NCBI GenBank assembly: GCA_963843975.1 | Contig: CAWJMG010000003.1 | Coordinates: 570,001-602,000 of the forward strand | Source: an uncultured Actinomycetes bacterium | GTDB taxonomy: Bacteria; Actinomycetota; Actinomycetes; S36-B12; CAIYMF01 | DNA: 32,000 bases | Direction: 5' to 3' | In this document: piece by piece, positions 14,973-24,927 of the stretch | Layout: the number at the start of each line of letters is the position of its first letter | How positions within the stretch are numbered: position 1 is the first letter of the stretch | Program-made: the position numbers and the translations under genes | Notes under the pieces: model-generated | Seen by the model: the letters and a program-made list of their open reading frames with translations, nothing else | Databases searched by the model: none | What the model was told of the DNA's origin: nothing

Positions 14973-15637
14973 GCACCACCCGGCTCAGGGGGATCATCTC
15001 CCGCCTCCGCGCGGCGCGCGGCGACCAGGGCCTGACCCTGGCCGAGCTCATGGTGACGATGGTCCTGATGGGCGTCGTCGGCACCATCATGATCTCGACG
15101 GTCATCTCGGTGACCAACACCGTCACGCACAACCAGGCGAACGCGGACAGCCTCGACACCGCGCGCATCGGCATGAACCGCCTGACCATGAACATCCGGT
15201 CGGGCATGTCGATCCAGCGCAGCGGCCTCGCCGACGCGCCGGCCATGGCCGAGATCGCGCCCAACAAGGTGACGGTCTACGCCAGCCTCGGCGCCGTCCC
15301 GACGAAGATCACGTACTCCATCAACGCCAACCGCGAGCTGGTGGAGAACTGGTACGTCGGCAACGCGGCGAGCAACCCGTACTGGACCTTCTCGAACACG
15401 GCCCGCACGACGGTGATCGCCCGCAAGATCCCGACGACCGCCGCACCTCTGTTCACGTTCCTGGACTCCAACGGGGCGCCCATCACCAACCAGACGTCCA
15501 CCAACCTCAACGACCTCGCCCTCATCCGTAGCGTGGTCATCGCGCTCACGGTCGACGTCGACCCCGCCCGCGGCGGGGGTCCGGTCACGGTCAGCAACAC
15601 GGTCGTGTTGCCCAACATGGGGATCGCGAAGCGATGA
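14969..15637 (+). CDS. minor pilin, PilW-like
   Basis: 222 aa. Prepilin signal ARGDQG|LTLAELMVTMVLMGVVG with E+5. GTGA overlap with the upstream gene. Confidence 0.8.
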   Translation: MSTTRLRGIISRLRAARGDQGLTLAELMVTMVLMGVVGTIMISTVISVTNTVTHNQANADSLDTARIGMNRLTMNIRSGMSIQRSGLADAPAMAEIAPNKVTVYASLGAVPTKITYSINANRELVENWYVGNAASNPYWTFSNTARTTVIARKIPTTAAPLFTFLDSNGAPITNQTSTNLNDLALIRSVVIALTVDVDPARGGGPVTVSNTVVLPNMGIAKR

Positions 15638-17349
15638 ACGGAATCTTCCTCGGCCTGCGCAAGCGTCTGGATGCCGCACAGGGCGACAGTGGCATGGCGC
15701 TCATCACCGTGCTCGGCATCGGCACGATGCTCACGCTCATCATGTTCGCGAGCGCCGGCTTCGCGGTGAACCAGCTCAAGCAGGTGCGCGGCGACCAGGA
15801 CTGGAACGGCGCGCTCGCGGCGGCCCAGGCCGGTGTCGACGAGTACATCTCCCGACTGAACTCCGACGGCACCTATTGGCGCTACGGCAACCCCGCGAGC
15901 CCTTACTCGACCGGCTCGACCATGACGCTGCCCACCGGCGCGTCCGCGAACGCCGCCTTCACCGGCTGGGTGGGGACGCCGGGAACCACGACGCGCTCGT
16001 ACTTCCGGTACGACGTGAACAACTCGCTGTTCACCTCGCAGGGCATCCTGAAGCTCCGTGCCTCGGGCAAGGTCGGCAAGGAGATCCGCACGGTCGACGT
16101 CCAGATCCGCCGCCGCGGATTCATCGACTACCTCTACTTCACCGACTACGACACCAAGGACCCGGCCGCGTACGAGACGGTCGTCGGCGACGACTACAAC
16201 CCGACGCAGGCGCAGGCCAACTGCGCGAAGCACGTCTACGAGGGCCGCGTCGACGCCATCAACGGCGTGTCGACGGGCTGCACCACGATCCGCTTCATCG
16301 GATCGGGCGGCGTCAACGACGTCATCCAGGGCCCGCTGCACTCGAACGACGCGTTCTACACCTGCGGCTCCCCGCAGTTCCAGGGCGCGACGTCCACGTC
16401 GTGGAACGACCCGGCCAACGTCCGCTACAAGAGGGACACGGGCTGCTCGGGCAACCCCATCTTCTCGGTCGCCGGTGACCCGAAGTACGCGTCACCGCTG
16501 ACGATGCCGCCGAGCAACAACGCGATCCGCAAGGAGGTCGACCCGGTCTACTCGAACCCGGTGGGCTGCCTCTACGTGGGTCCGACCTCGATCGTCCTCA
16601 ACGCCGCGGGCACGATGAACGTCAACAGCCCGTGGACGAAGAACGGCGGTCCGGCCTGGTGCGGCGTGGGCAACAACCTGCCGCTACCGGCCAACGGCGT
16701 CATCTACGTCCAGTCCGTGCCGGCGGTCGCCGACGCGTACACCCGTGCGACCCCGACCACCGCCTGCATCAACGCCGGCGCGGGAAACCCGCTCGGCTAC
16801 CCGCAGACGAACGACATGACGGTGTACGGATGCCGTGCCGGTGACGTGTTCCTCGAGGGCAGCCTCAAGGGCCAGCTCACCATCGCCGCGGAGAACAACA
16901 TCGTGGCGACCTGGCACATCGACTACGCCGGCGGCTCGGCCGGCACGGACCTGCTGGGCCTCGTGGCGAACAACTACATCGAGGTCTACCACCCCGTCCG
17001 CTGCACCAGCACGAGCGGCGGCCAGTGCACGGCGGGCACCAACCTGGTTCCGACCGGCAAGGCGACAGTCTTCACGAACACCCGCATCAACGCCGCGCTG
17101 CTGTCGGTGAACCACTCGTTCCGCGTCCAGAACTACCGCTGGGGTACCACCCTCGGGACGCTGAACATCACCGGTGCGATCGCCCAGCGCTACCGCGGCA
17201 TCGTCGGTTCCGGCTCCGCCGGCTTCGCGAAGAACTACGTCTACGACGCCCGCCTGCGCTACGCGTCGCCGCCGAAGTTCCTCGACCCGATCCAGTCCGC
17301 GTACCAGCCGTCCCTCTGGTCCGAGCCGCAGCCGGCCTACACCAGCTGA
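15634..17349 (+). CDS. large PilX-like minor pilin / putative tip protein (571 aa)
   Basis: The N-terminus ...GDSGMALITVLGIGTMLTLIMF is PilX_N-like and lacks E+5. The large C-terminal region is Gly/Asn/Thr-rich and repeat-like (..LKGQLTIAAENNIVATWHIDYAG..LVANNYIEVYHPV..), suggestive of a beta-helix. ATGA overlap with the upstream gene. Confidence 0.75.
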   Translation: MNGIFLGLRKRLDAAQGDSGMALITVLGIGTMLTLIMFASAGFAVNQLKQVRGDQDWNGALAAAQAGVDEYISRLNSDGTYWRYGNPASPYSTGSTMTLPTGASANAAFTGWVGTPGTTTRSYFRYDVNNSLFTSQGILKLRASGKVGKEIRTVDVQIRRRGFIDYLYFTDYDTKDPAAYETVVGDDYNPTQAQANCAKHVYEGRVDAINGVSTGCTTIRFIGSGGVNDVIQGPLHSNDAFYTCGSPQFQGATSTSWNDPANVRYKRDTGCSGNPIFSVAGDPKYASPLTMPPSNNAIRKEVDPVYSNPVGCLYVGPTSIVLNAAGTMNVNSPWTKNGGPAWCGVGNNLPLPANGVIYVQSVPAVADAYTRATPTTACINAGAGNPLGYPQTNDMTVYGCRAGDVFLEGSLKGQLTIAAENNIVATWHIDYAGGSAGTDLLGLVANNYIEVYHPVRCTSTSGGQCTAGTNLVPTGKATVFTNTRINAALLSVNHSFRVQNYRWGTTLGTLNITGAIAQRYRGIVGSGSAGFAKNYVYDARLRYASPPKFLDPIQSAYQPSLWSEPQPAYTS

Positions 17350-17355
17350 CGCGAC

Positions 17356-17383
17356 GCGCGGCGGGGCTCACGCCCCGCCGCGC
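17356..17383 (+). terminator. hairpin after minor-pilin operon
   Basis: GCGCGGCGGGGC-tcac-GCCCCGCCGCGC, a 12-bp perfect stem, 7 nt after the stop. Confidence 0.55.
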
Positions 17384-17405
17384 GTGCGCTCGTTAGGGTC
17401 ACGAC

Positions 17406-18212
17406 GTGCTGACTGGATCCACCGAGACCGACACCGCCCTGCTCACGGCCGTGTGCGGCTTCCTGGGGCTGTTCATCGGCTCCTTCCTCAACGTGGTGAT
17501 CTACCGCGTCCCCGCAGGCCTCTCGGTGGTGTCCCCGCGCTCGCGCTGCCCCCGCTGCGAGACCGAGATCAAGGCGTACGACAACATCCCGGTCGTCTCG
17601 TGGCTGGTCCTGCGCGGGAAGTGCCGCAGCTGCGGTGAGCCCATCTCGGTGCGCTACCCCCTCGTGGAGCTCGCCACCGGCGTCCTGTTCGCGCTCACGG
17701 CGTGGTGGCTTGGGCCGGTCTGGGAGCTGCCCGCGTTCCTGTACCTCGCCGCGATCGCCGTGGCCCTGTCGATGATCGACTTCGACGTCAAGCGGCTCCC
17801 CGATGCGATCGTGCTGCCGTCGTACGGCGTGGCGCTCGTGCTCCTTCTGGTGCCCTCCTTCCTCGACTCCCGCTGGGACGACCTGCTGCGCGGCGTGCTC
17901 GCGGGGCTGGCGCTGTTCGCCTTCTACTTCCTCCTGCTCATCGTCTACCCGGCGGGCATGGGCTTCGGCGACGTCAAGCTCGGGGGAGTGATCGGCCTCT
18001 ATCTCGGCTGGGTGTCCTGGGGGCTCGTCGTCGTCGGCACCTTCGCCGGGTTCGTCATCGGCGCCGTCGTGGGGCTCGTCCTGATCGTTACCCGCCGGGG
18101 CGGCCGCAAGTCCAAGGTGCCGTTCGGGCCCTTCATGTTCATGGGCGTGTACGTCGCCTTCGCCGTCGGCCAGCCGATCGTGGACTGGTACGTCGGCAGC
18201 CTCGGGCTGTAG
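17406..18212 (+). CDS. pilD: prepilin peptidase / N-methyltransferase (A24 family) PilD
   Basis: 268 aa. N-terminal CPRC...CRSC zinc motif, polytopic TM profile, and catalytic-Asp motif GMGFGDVKLGG. TAGGGT lies 6 nt upstream of GTG 17406, a leaderless-type arrangement. Confidence 0.9.
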   Translation: MLTGSTETDTALLTAVCGFLGLFIGSFLNVVIYRVPAGLSVVSPRSRCPRCETEIKAYDNIPVVSWLVLRGKCRSCGEPISVRYPLVELATGVLFALTAWWLGPVWELPAFLYLAAIAVALSMIDFDVKRLPDAIVLPSYGVALVLLLVPSFLDSRWDDLLRGVLAGLALFAFYFLLLIVYPAGMGFGDVKLGGVIGLYLGWVSWGLVVVGTFAGFVIGAVVGLVLIVTRRGGRKSKVPFGPFMFMGVYVAFAVGQPIVDWYVGSLGL

Positions 18213-18291
18213 CCCGGAGGGTCCGCGCGGGCCGCCGTCACCCGTCCGGCGCCATGCCGCTCACGGCACTGGACCTTTTCCCTCCCGGTTT

Positions 18292-18321
18292 GCTCAAGGC
18301 GAGCCCCACCACCGCCGAAAC
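18292..18321 (+). promoter_or_regulatory. sigma-28-like promoter candidate S8: GCTCAAG-N15-GCCGAAAC
   Basis: Intergenic, about 40 nt upstream of the pilM start. Confidence 0.45.
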
Positions 18322-18361
18322 CCAGGGGGAAGACCACCGGAGCGGTGGTGACAGGTGAGAG

Positions 18362-19417
18362 GTGGGAACCGTGGCTGGTCGAACCGCCATCGGACTCGAC
18401 ATCGGCACGTCGAGCGTCCGTGCGGCGCAGGTCACTGTGTCGAAGGGTAAGGCGGTCCTGGACCGCTTCGGCCAGGTCGCCCTGCCTCCGGGTGTGGTGC
18501 GCGACGGTGAGGTCGTGGAGCCCGACGCAGTCGGCGACGCGATCAAGACGTTGTGGAGCCAGGCCAAGTTCACCAAGAAGGAGGTCGTGCTCGGCGTCTC
18601 GAACCAGAAGGTCGTCGTGCGTCTCGTCGACCTCCCGTGGCTGCCGGCCGACGAGCTCAAGACGAGCCTCAAGTTCCAGGTCGCCGACCTCGTGCCGATG
18701 CCGGTCGAGGAAGCGGTCCTGGACTTCGTGGCACTCGAGGAGGTCACCACGGACCAGTCGCGCATGGTGCGCGGTCTGCTCGTGGCGGCGTCCCAGGACG
18801 CGGTGCTCGACGCGATCCGCGCCGCGCAGCGCGCAGGCCTCCGGGTCTCGACCGTCGACCTCACGCCGTTCGCGGTGCTGCGGGTCGCCGGTGCGCAGGA
18901 CTCGCTGGGCCTGTCCGGCCCCGAGGCCGTCGTCGACATCGGCGCCAAGGTCACGAACATCGTCGTGCACGAGGGCGGTGTGCCGAAGTTCGTGCGCATC
19001 CTGCTCCTCGGCGGCGACGACGTCACCGCAGCGGTGGTCGAGCGCCTCGGCATCCCGACCGCCGAGGCCGAGCGCCTCAAGCGCGACCGCTACTCGCTGG
19101 CCGACCCGGCCTCCGCCGACGCCCGGCGCATCATCGACGCGGCCCTGGCCGAGTTCGTCGACGAGGTCCGCGGCTCGGTCGACTACTTCGTGGCGATGAG
19201 CGGCGGCCGACCGCTGTCGCGCGTCGTCCTCAGCGGCGGCGGCTCGCTCGCGGACGGCCTGGCCCAGCGCCTCGCCACCGCCGTGCGCACGCCCGTCGAG
19301 TACGGGCGGCCGTTCAGCCAGGTCACGGTCGGCAAGACCGGTCTGACGCCTGAGCAGCTGCAGTTCGTCGAGCCGCTCTCGGCAGTGCCGGTCGGCCTCG
19401 CGATGGGAGCCGTGTGA
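18362..19417 (+). CDS. pilM: type IV pilus assembly protein PilM (actin-like ATPase fold)
   Basis: 351 aa. AIGLDIGTSSVRAAQV phosphate-1 motif and VVDIGAKVTNIVV, in the conserved pilMNO order. Alternative start GTG 18371. Confidence 0.88.
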   Translation: MGTVAGRTAIGLDIGTSSVRAAQVTVSKGKAVLDRFGQVALPPGVVRDGEVVEPDAVGDAIKTLWSQAKFTKKEVVLGVSNQKVVVRLVDLPWLPADELKTSLKFQVADLVPMPVEEAVLDFVALEEVTTDQSRMVRGLLVAASQDAVLDAIRAAQRAGLRVSTVDLTPFAVLRVAGAQDSLGLSGPEAVVDIGAKVTNIVVHEGGVPKFVRILLLGGDDVTAAVVERLGIPTAEAERLKRDRYSLADPASADARRIIDAALAEFVDEVRGSVDYFVAMSGGRPLSRVVLSGGGSLADGLAQRLATAVRTPVEYGRPFSQVTVGKTGLTPEQLQFVEPLSAVPVGLAMGAV

Positions 19418-20214
19418 TGGGACTTCTCAACCGTGGATCGGCCGTCGTCGAGAGCGAGCCGCAGGCCGCTCCCGTCGTGGACGCGCCCTCCATCCCGACG
19501 AGCGCTGCCGCGTTCCCGCGCGTCAACCTCATGCCCGACGAGATCGCGGAGGAGGCCCGGATCCGTCGGGCCAAGCTCGTGCTCGCGGGTGCGGCCGTCG
19601 TGTCCGTCGGCGCCGTCGGCGCCCTGTTCATGATGGCCGGCGCCGAGGTCAGCTCCGCCCAGGAGTCGCTCGACCAGGCCGCCGCCCGGGGCACCGTGCT
19701 CTCTGCCGAGGTCGCGCAGTACTCCGACGTCCCTGCGGCCCGTGCCGACCTCGCCAGCGCCCAGGCGCAGCAGTACCTGGCGATGGGCGGCGAGGTGCGC
19801 TGGTCGTTCCTGCTCAACAACCTCTCGCTCACCCTCCCGCGCGGCACCTCGCTCACGGAGTTCAAGGGCCTGATCAACGGGCTCGCCCCGACGCCGGGCG
19901 CGGCAGGTGCCGCAACCGGCGCGACCGCTGCCGGCGGACAGGCGAGCATCCTCGGCAAGCCCGCGATCGGCGAGATCCAGTACGCCGGCGAGGCGCGCGG
20001 CTACACCGACGTCGCCGCCCTGCTCGACGTCCTCGCCAAGCAGAAGACGCTGGTCGACCCGTACCCGGGCACCGTGCAGTCGGCCGAGGCCGTCACGACC
20101 GGCGTCTCCGCCGGCACGACGGCGTCCCCCGGCAAGGGCTACACCTTCACGGCGACGTCCTCGGTGAGCGACAAGTCCCTCTCCCACCGCTACGACATCA
20201 AGGACGGTGGCTGA
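19414..20214 (+). CDS. pilN: PilN-like bitopic pilus alignment protein
   Basis: 266 aa. The motif RVNLMPDEIAEEARIRRAK, a single TM helix, then a coiled-coil segment. Start overlaps the pilM stop. Confidence 0.75.
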   Translation: MMGLLNRGSAVVESEPQAAPVVDAPSIPTSAAAFPRVNLMPDEIAEEARIRRAKLVLAGAAVVSVGAVGALFMMAGAEVSSAQESLDQAAARGTVLSAEVAQYSDVPAARADLASAQAQQYLAMGGEVRWSFLLNNLSLTLPRGTSLTEFKGLINGLAPTPGAAGAATGATAAGGQASILGKPAIGEIQYAGEARGYTDVAALLDVLAKQKTLVDPYPGTVQSAEAVTTGVSAGTTASPGKGYTFTATSSVSDKSLSHRYDIKDGG

Positions 20215-20215
20215 C

Positions 20216-20917
20216 ATGTCCTTCGGACGCGCCGCTCGCTGGTACATCGGTGCCGGCCTCTCCGCCGTGCTGGTCCTCGTCGCCGGCTGGTTCCTCCTGG
20301 TCGCGCCGCAGCGCGCGTCGGCCGAGGAGATCCAGGCGTCGGTGCAGGCCCAGGAGCAGACGAACCGGGCCACCGAGGCCCAGATCGCCACGCTCAAGGC
20401 CCAGTTCAAGGACCTCCCGGAGCTGCAGAAGCAGACGTCGGCGATCCGCACCAAGATCCCGACCACGCCGGGCATGGCCTCGCTGCTGCGCCAGCTCTCG
20501 ACCCTCGCCAAGACCTCGGGCGTCTCGCTCGTCTCGGTCACCCCGTCGCAGCCTGCTCCGATGGTGGCGCCGGGTTCGACCTCCGGCTCCGCCGCGCTCA
20601 GCACGCCGGGCCAGGTCAACGAGATCCCCGTCGGCATCGGCGTCACCGGCCGCTTCGCGAACGTGAAGCTGTTCCTCTCGGGACTCGAGAAGATGCAGCG
20701 CGCGATCCTCGTGACCGGCCTCAGCATCACGCGTGACGAGACCCCGAGCAGCACGACCCCGGGCAACCAGCTCAAGGTCGACCTGACGAGCAAGGTCTTC
20801 ATCGCGAACAAGGGCACTGCGCCCGCTCCCGCGAGCTCCACCGCCACCGGCACCACGGACGGCGCAGCCCCCGCCGGAGGTGCGGTCGGAACCTCGACCG
20901 GCACCGCGGCCAACTGA
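20216..20917 (+). CDS. pilO: PilO-like pilus alignment protein
   Basis: About 233 aa. TM helix (IGAGLSAVLVLVAGWFLLV), a coiled coil (EEIQASVQAQEQTNRATEAQIATLKAQ), then a ferredoxin-like C-terminal part. The track ORF starts at GTG 20207, but ATG 20216 has better AAGGA spacing. Confidence 0.75.
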   Translation: MSFGRAARWYIGAGLSAVLVLVAGWFLLVAPQRASAEEIQASVQAQEQTNRATEAQIATLKAQFKDLPELQKQTSAIRTKIPTTPGMASLLRQLSTLAKTSGVSLVSVTPSQPAPMVAPGSTSGSAALSTPGQVNEIPVGIGVTGRFANVKLFLSGLEKMQRAILVTGLSITRDETPSSTTPGNQLKVDLTSKVFIANKGTAPAPASSTATGTTDGAAPAGGAVGTSTGTAAN

Positions 20918-20938
20918 CGGCACACGGAGGCATCCACC

Positions 20939-21589
20939 ATGTCTGAGCCCCTCTTCCCGGCCTCGGGATCGACCATGACGGCGCCGGCACCCGCCGAGCC
21001 GCACGTGGACGAGTCGTCCGGCGGCAATCGCAAGGTGTTCCTCGCCCTCGCCGGCGTGGGCGCCGTCCTCGTGGCAGGAGCCGGAGCGTTCTTCCTGCTC
21101 TCGTCCGGCGGCGGTGACGAGGTCGAGGCGCCGATCGTGGCGCCGCCGAAGGCCTCGGCCCCGGCAGACCCGGGCGCCCAGCCCAGCTCGGCGGCCAAGC
21201 CGACCGTCGTGGTCAAGCCCGCCGCGGTCGCGGTGACGGCGCGCGATCCGTTCGCGCCGCTGTTCCCGGCCGACAAGCCCAGCACCACGACCGGCAGCAC
21301 CGACCCGACGACCTCGGGCACGGGCGCGACTCCGGCTCCGTCCGCCAGCTCCACGACGGGCACCCCGAGCACGACGACGTCGGTCACCCTCGGCGTCTCG
21401 GGCATCAAGCCCGCCACGCAGTCGGCGACGATCAGCGTGGACGGCAAGAAGTACGCCGCCGTCGTCGGTGAGACGTTCGGCAAGTACTACGTGCTGTACA
21501 GCGTCTTCAACGCCAAGTGCGTCGGCGTGCTCATGGGCGACCAGAGCGTCGCCGTCTGCTCCACCGCTCCCGTCACGGTGACCCCGTAA
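20939..21589 (+). CDS. hypothetical bitopic membrane protein, possible PilP analogue
   Basis: 216 aa. GGAGG RBS, one TM helix ([22 protein letters not shown]), a long Pro/Ser/Thr-rich linker, and a small C-terminal beta domain ([27 protein letters not shown]). Confidence 0.6.
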   Translation: MSEPLFPASGSTMTAPAPAEPHVDESSGGNRKVFLALAGVGAVLVAGAGAFFLLSSGGGDEVEAPIVAPPKASAPADPGAQPSSAAKPTVVVKPAAVAVTARDPFAPLFPADKPSTTTGSTDPTTSGTGATPAPSASSTTGTPSTTTSVTLGVSGIKPATQSATISVDGKKYAAVVGETFGKYYVLYSVFNAKCVGVLMGDQSVAVCSTAPVTVTP

Positions 21590-21611
21590 CGGACCGGCCG
21601 CACGAACCCTT

Positions 21612-21645
21612 CAGGAGGGCCGCACCCACGGGTGCGGCCCTCCTG
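21612..21645 (+). terminator. hairpin closing the T4P locus
   Basis: CAGGAGGGCCGCACC-cacg-GGTGCGGCCCTCCTG, a 15-bp perfect stem. Confidence 0.6.
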
Positions 21646-21710
21646 CCGTGCTGTGCCGGGCCGCGCCGCCCTGCTCGGGCGGCAGCAGCCGCTCATGGGA
21701 TGATCACCGC

Positions 21711-22889
21711 ATGCTTCGTTGGTTGACCGCCGGTGAGTCCCACGGTCCCGCGCTCGTCGCGATCCTCGAGGGCCTGCCTGCGGGTGTCGCCGTCACGACC
21801 GCCGACGTGGACCGCGACCTCGCCCGTCGACGCCTCGGCGTCGGCCGCGGGGCGCGCATGAAGTTCGAGAAGGACGCCGTGCGCATCCTCGGCGGTGTCC
21901 GCCACGGCTCGACGCTGGGCGGTCCGATCGCGATCGAGGTCGGCAACAGCGAGTGGCCCAAGTGGGAGACCGTCATGGCGGCCGACCCGGTCGACGCCGA
22001 CGTCCTCGACGCCCAGGCGCGCAACGCCCCGCTGACTCGCCCTCGCCCCGGTCACGCCGACCTGGTGGGCATGCAGAAGTACGGCTTCGACGACGCCCGG
22101 CCGATCCTGGAGCGTGCCAGCGCCCGCGAGACCGCAGCGCGGGTCGCGCTCGGTGCCGTGGCGAAGGCCTTCCTCGAGCAGGCCGTGGGCGCGCACGTGC
22201 TGTCGCACGTCGTCGAGCTCGGCACGGTCGTGGCGCCAGCCGGCCTCGTGCCGCTGCCGCGCGACCTCGACGCCATCGACGCCGACGAGGCCCGCTGCCT
22301 CGACGCGACGGCCGCGGCCGCGATGATCGACGAGGTCGACCAAGCCCGCAAGGACGGCGACACCCTGGGCGGCGTCGTCGAGGTCGTCGTCCACGGCCTC
22401 CCGCCGGGCCTGGGGAGCCACGTGCACTGGGACCGTCGTCTCGACGCGCGCCTCGCCGCAGCCCTCATGGGCATCCAGGCCATCAAGGGCGTGGAGGTGG
22501 GTGACGGGTTCGAGCTCGCCCGCACCCGCGGCTCCAAGGCCCACGACGAGATCCTTCCCGGCCCCGACGGCGTCGTCCGCGCGAGCGGCCGCAGCGGCGG
22601 CACCGAGGGCGGGATGTCCACCGGCGAGGTCCTGCGCGTGCGTGCGGCCATGAAGCCGATCTCGACCGTCCCGCGGGCCCTGCGCACGATCGACGTGGCC
22701 ACCGGTGAGCCGGCGCAGGCGATCAACCAGCGCAGCGACGTCTGCGCGGTGCCCGCCGCCGGCGTCGTGGCCGAGGCGATGGTCGCGCTCGTGCTGGCCG
22801 ACGCCGTGCTCGAGAAGTTCGGCGGCGACTCCGTCGCCGAGACGGCCCGGAACGCGGCTGCGTACCGTGCCGCCCTCGTGGTCCAGTAA
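21711..22889 (+). CDS. aroC: chorismate synthase
   Basis: 392 aa starting [21 protein letters not shown], with [13 protein letters not shown]-like and later motifs. The upstream part of the track ORF is not used. Confidence 0.93.
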   Translation: MLRWLTAGESHGPALVAILEGLPAGVAVTTADVDRDLARRRLGVGRGARMKFEKDAVRILGGVRHGSTLGGPIAIEVGNSEWPKWETVMAADPVDADVLDAQARNAPLTRPRPGHADLVGMQKYGFDDARPILERASARETAARVALGAVAKAFLEQAVGAHVLSHVVELGTVVAPAGLVPLPRDLDAIDADEARCLDATAAAAMIDEVDQARKDGDTLGGVVEVVVHGLPPGLGSHVHWDRRLDARLAAALMGIQAIKGVEVGDGFELARTRGSKAHDEILPGPDGVVRASGRSGGTEGGMSTGEVLRVRAAMKPISTVPRALRTIDVATGEPAQAINQRSDVCAVPAAGVVAEAMVALVLADAVLEKFGGDSVAETARNAAAYRAALVVQ

Positions 22890-22893
22890 GCGC

Positions 22894-23405
22894 GTGGCAC
22901 CTCGCGTCGTCCTCGTGGGCGTCCCCGGCTCGGGCAAGTCGACCGTCGGGGGCGTGCTCGCCGAGCGCCTCGGCGTCTCCCTGCGCGACACCGACCGGGA
23001 CATCGAGAGGGCAGCCGGCAAGCCGATCTCCGACATCTTCGTCGACGACGGCGAGGCGCACTTCCGAGCGCTCGAGCGCGCAGCGGTTGCCGCGGCGATC
23101 GCCGAGCACGACGGCGTCCTCGCCCTCGGCGGCGGCGCGGTCCTCGACGAGGGCTCGCGTGCACTTCTCATGGACCAGAGGACCGTGTGGCTGCAGGTGA
23201 GCGCGGCGGGTGGCGCCAAGCGCGTCGGGCTCGACGTGCCGCGGCCCGTGCTGCTCGGCAACGTCCGCGGTCAGCTGGCGGCGCTGGTCGCCGAGCGAAG
23301 CCCGCTGTACGCCGAGGTCGCCACGATCACGCTCGAGACCGACACCCGCACGCCGGCCGAGGTCGCCGAGCTCGTGATCGAGGAGCTCGGTCTGGAGGTC
23401 GCGTC

Positions 23406-23409
<4 letters not shown>
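22894..23409 (+). CDS. aroK: shikimate kinase
   Basis: 171 aa. VVLVGVPGSGKSTVG P-loop and the DTD..IE..AG..I..IF motif. GTG start. Confidence 0.9.
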
Positions 23410-24926
<1,517 letters not shown>

Positions 24927-24927
<1 letters not shown>

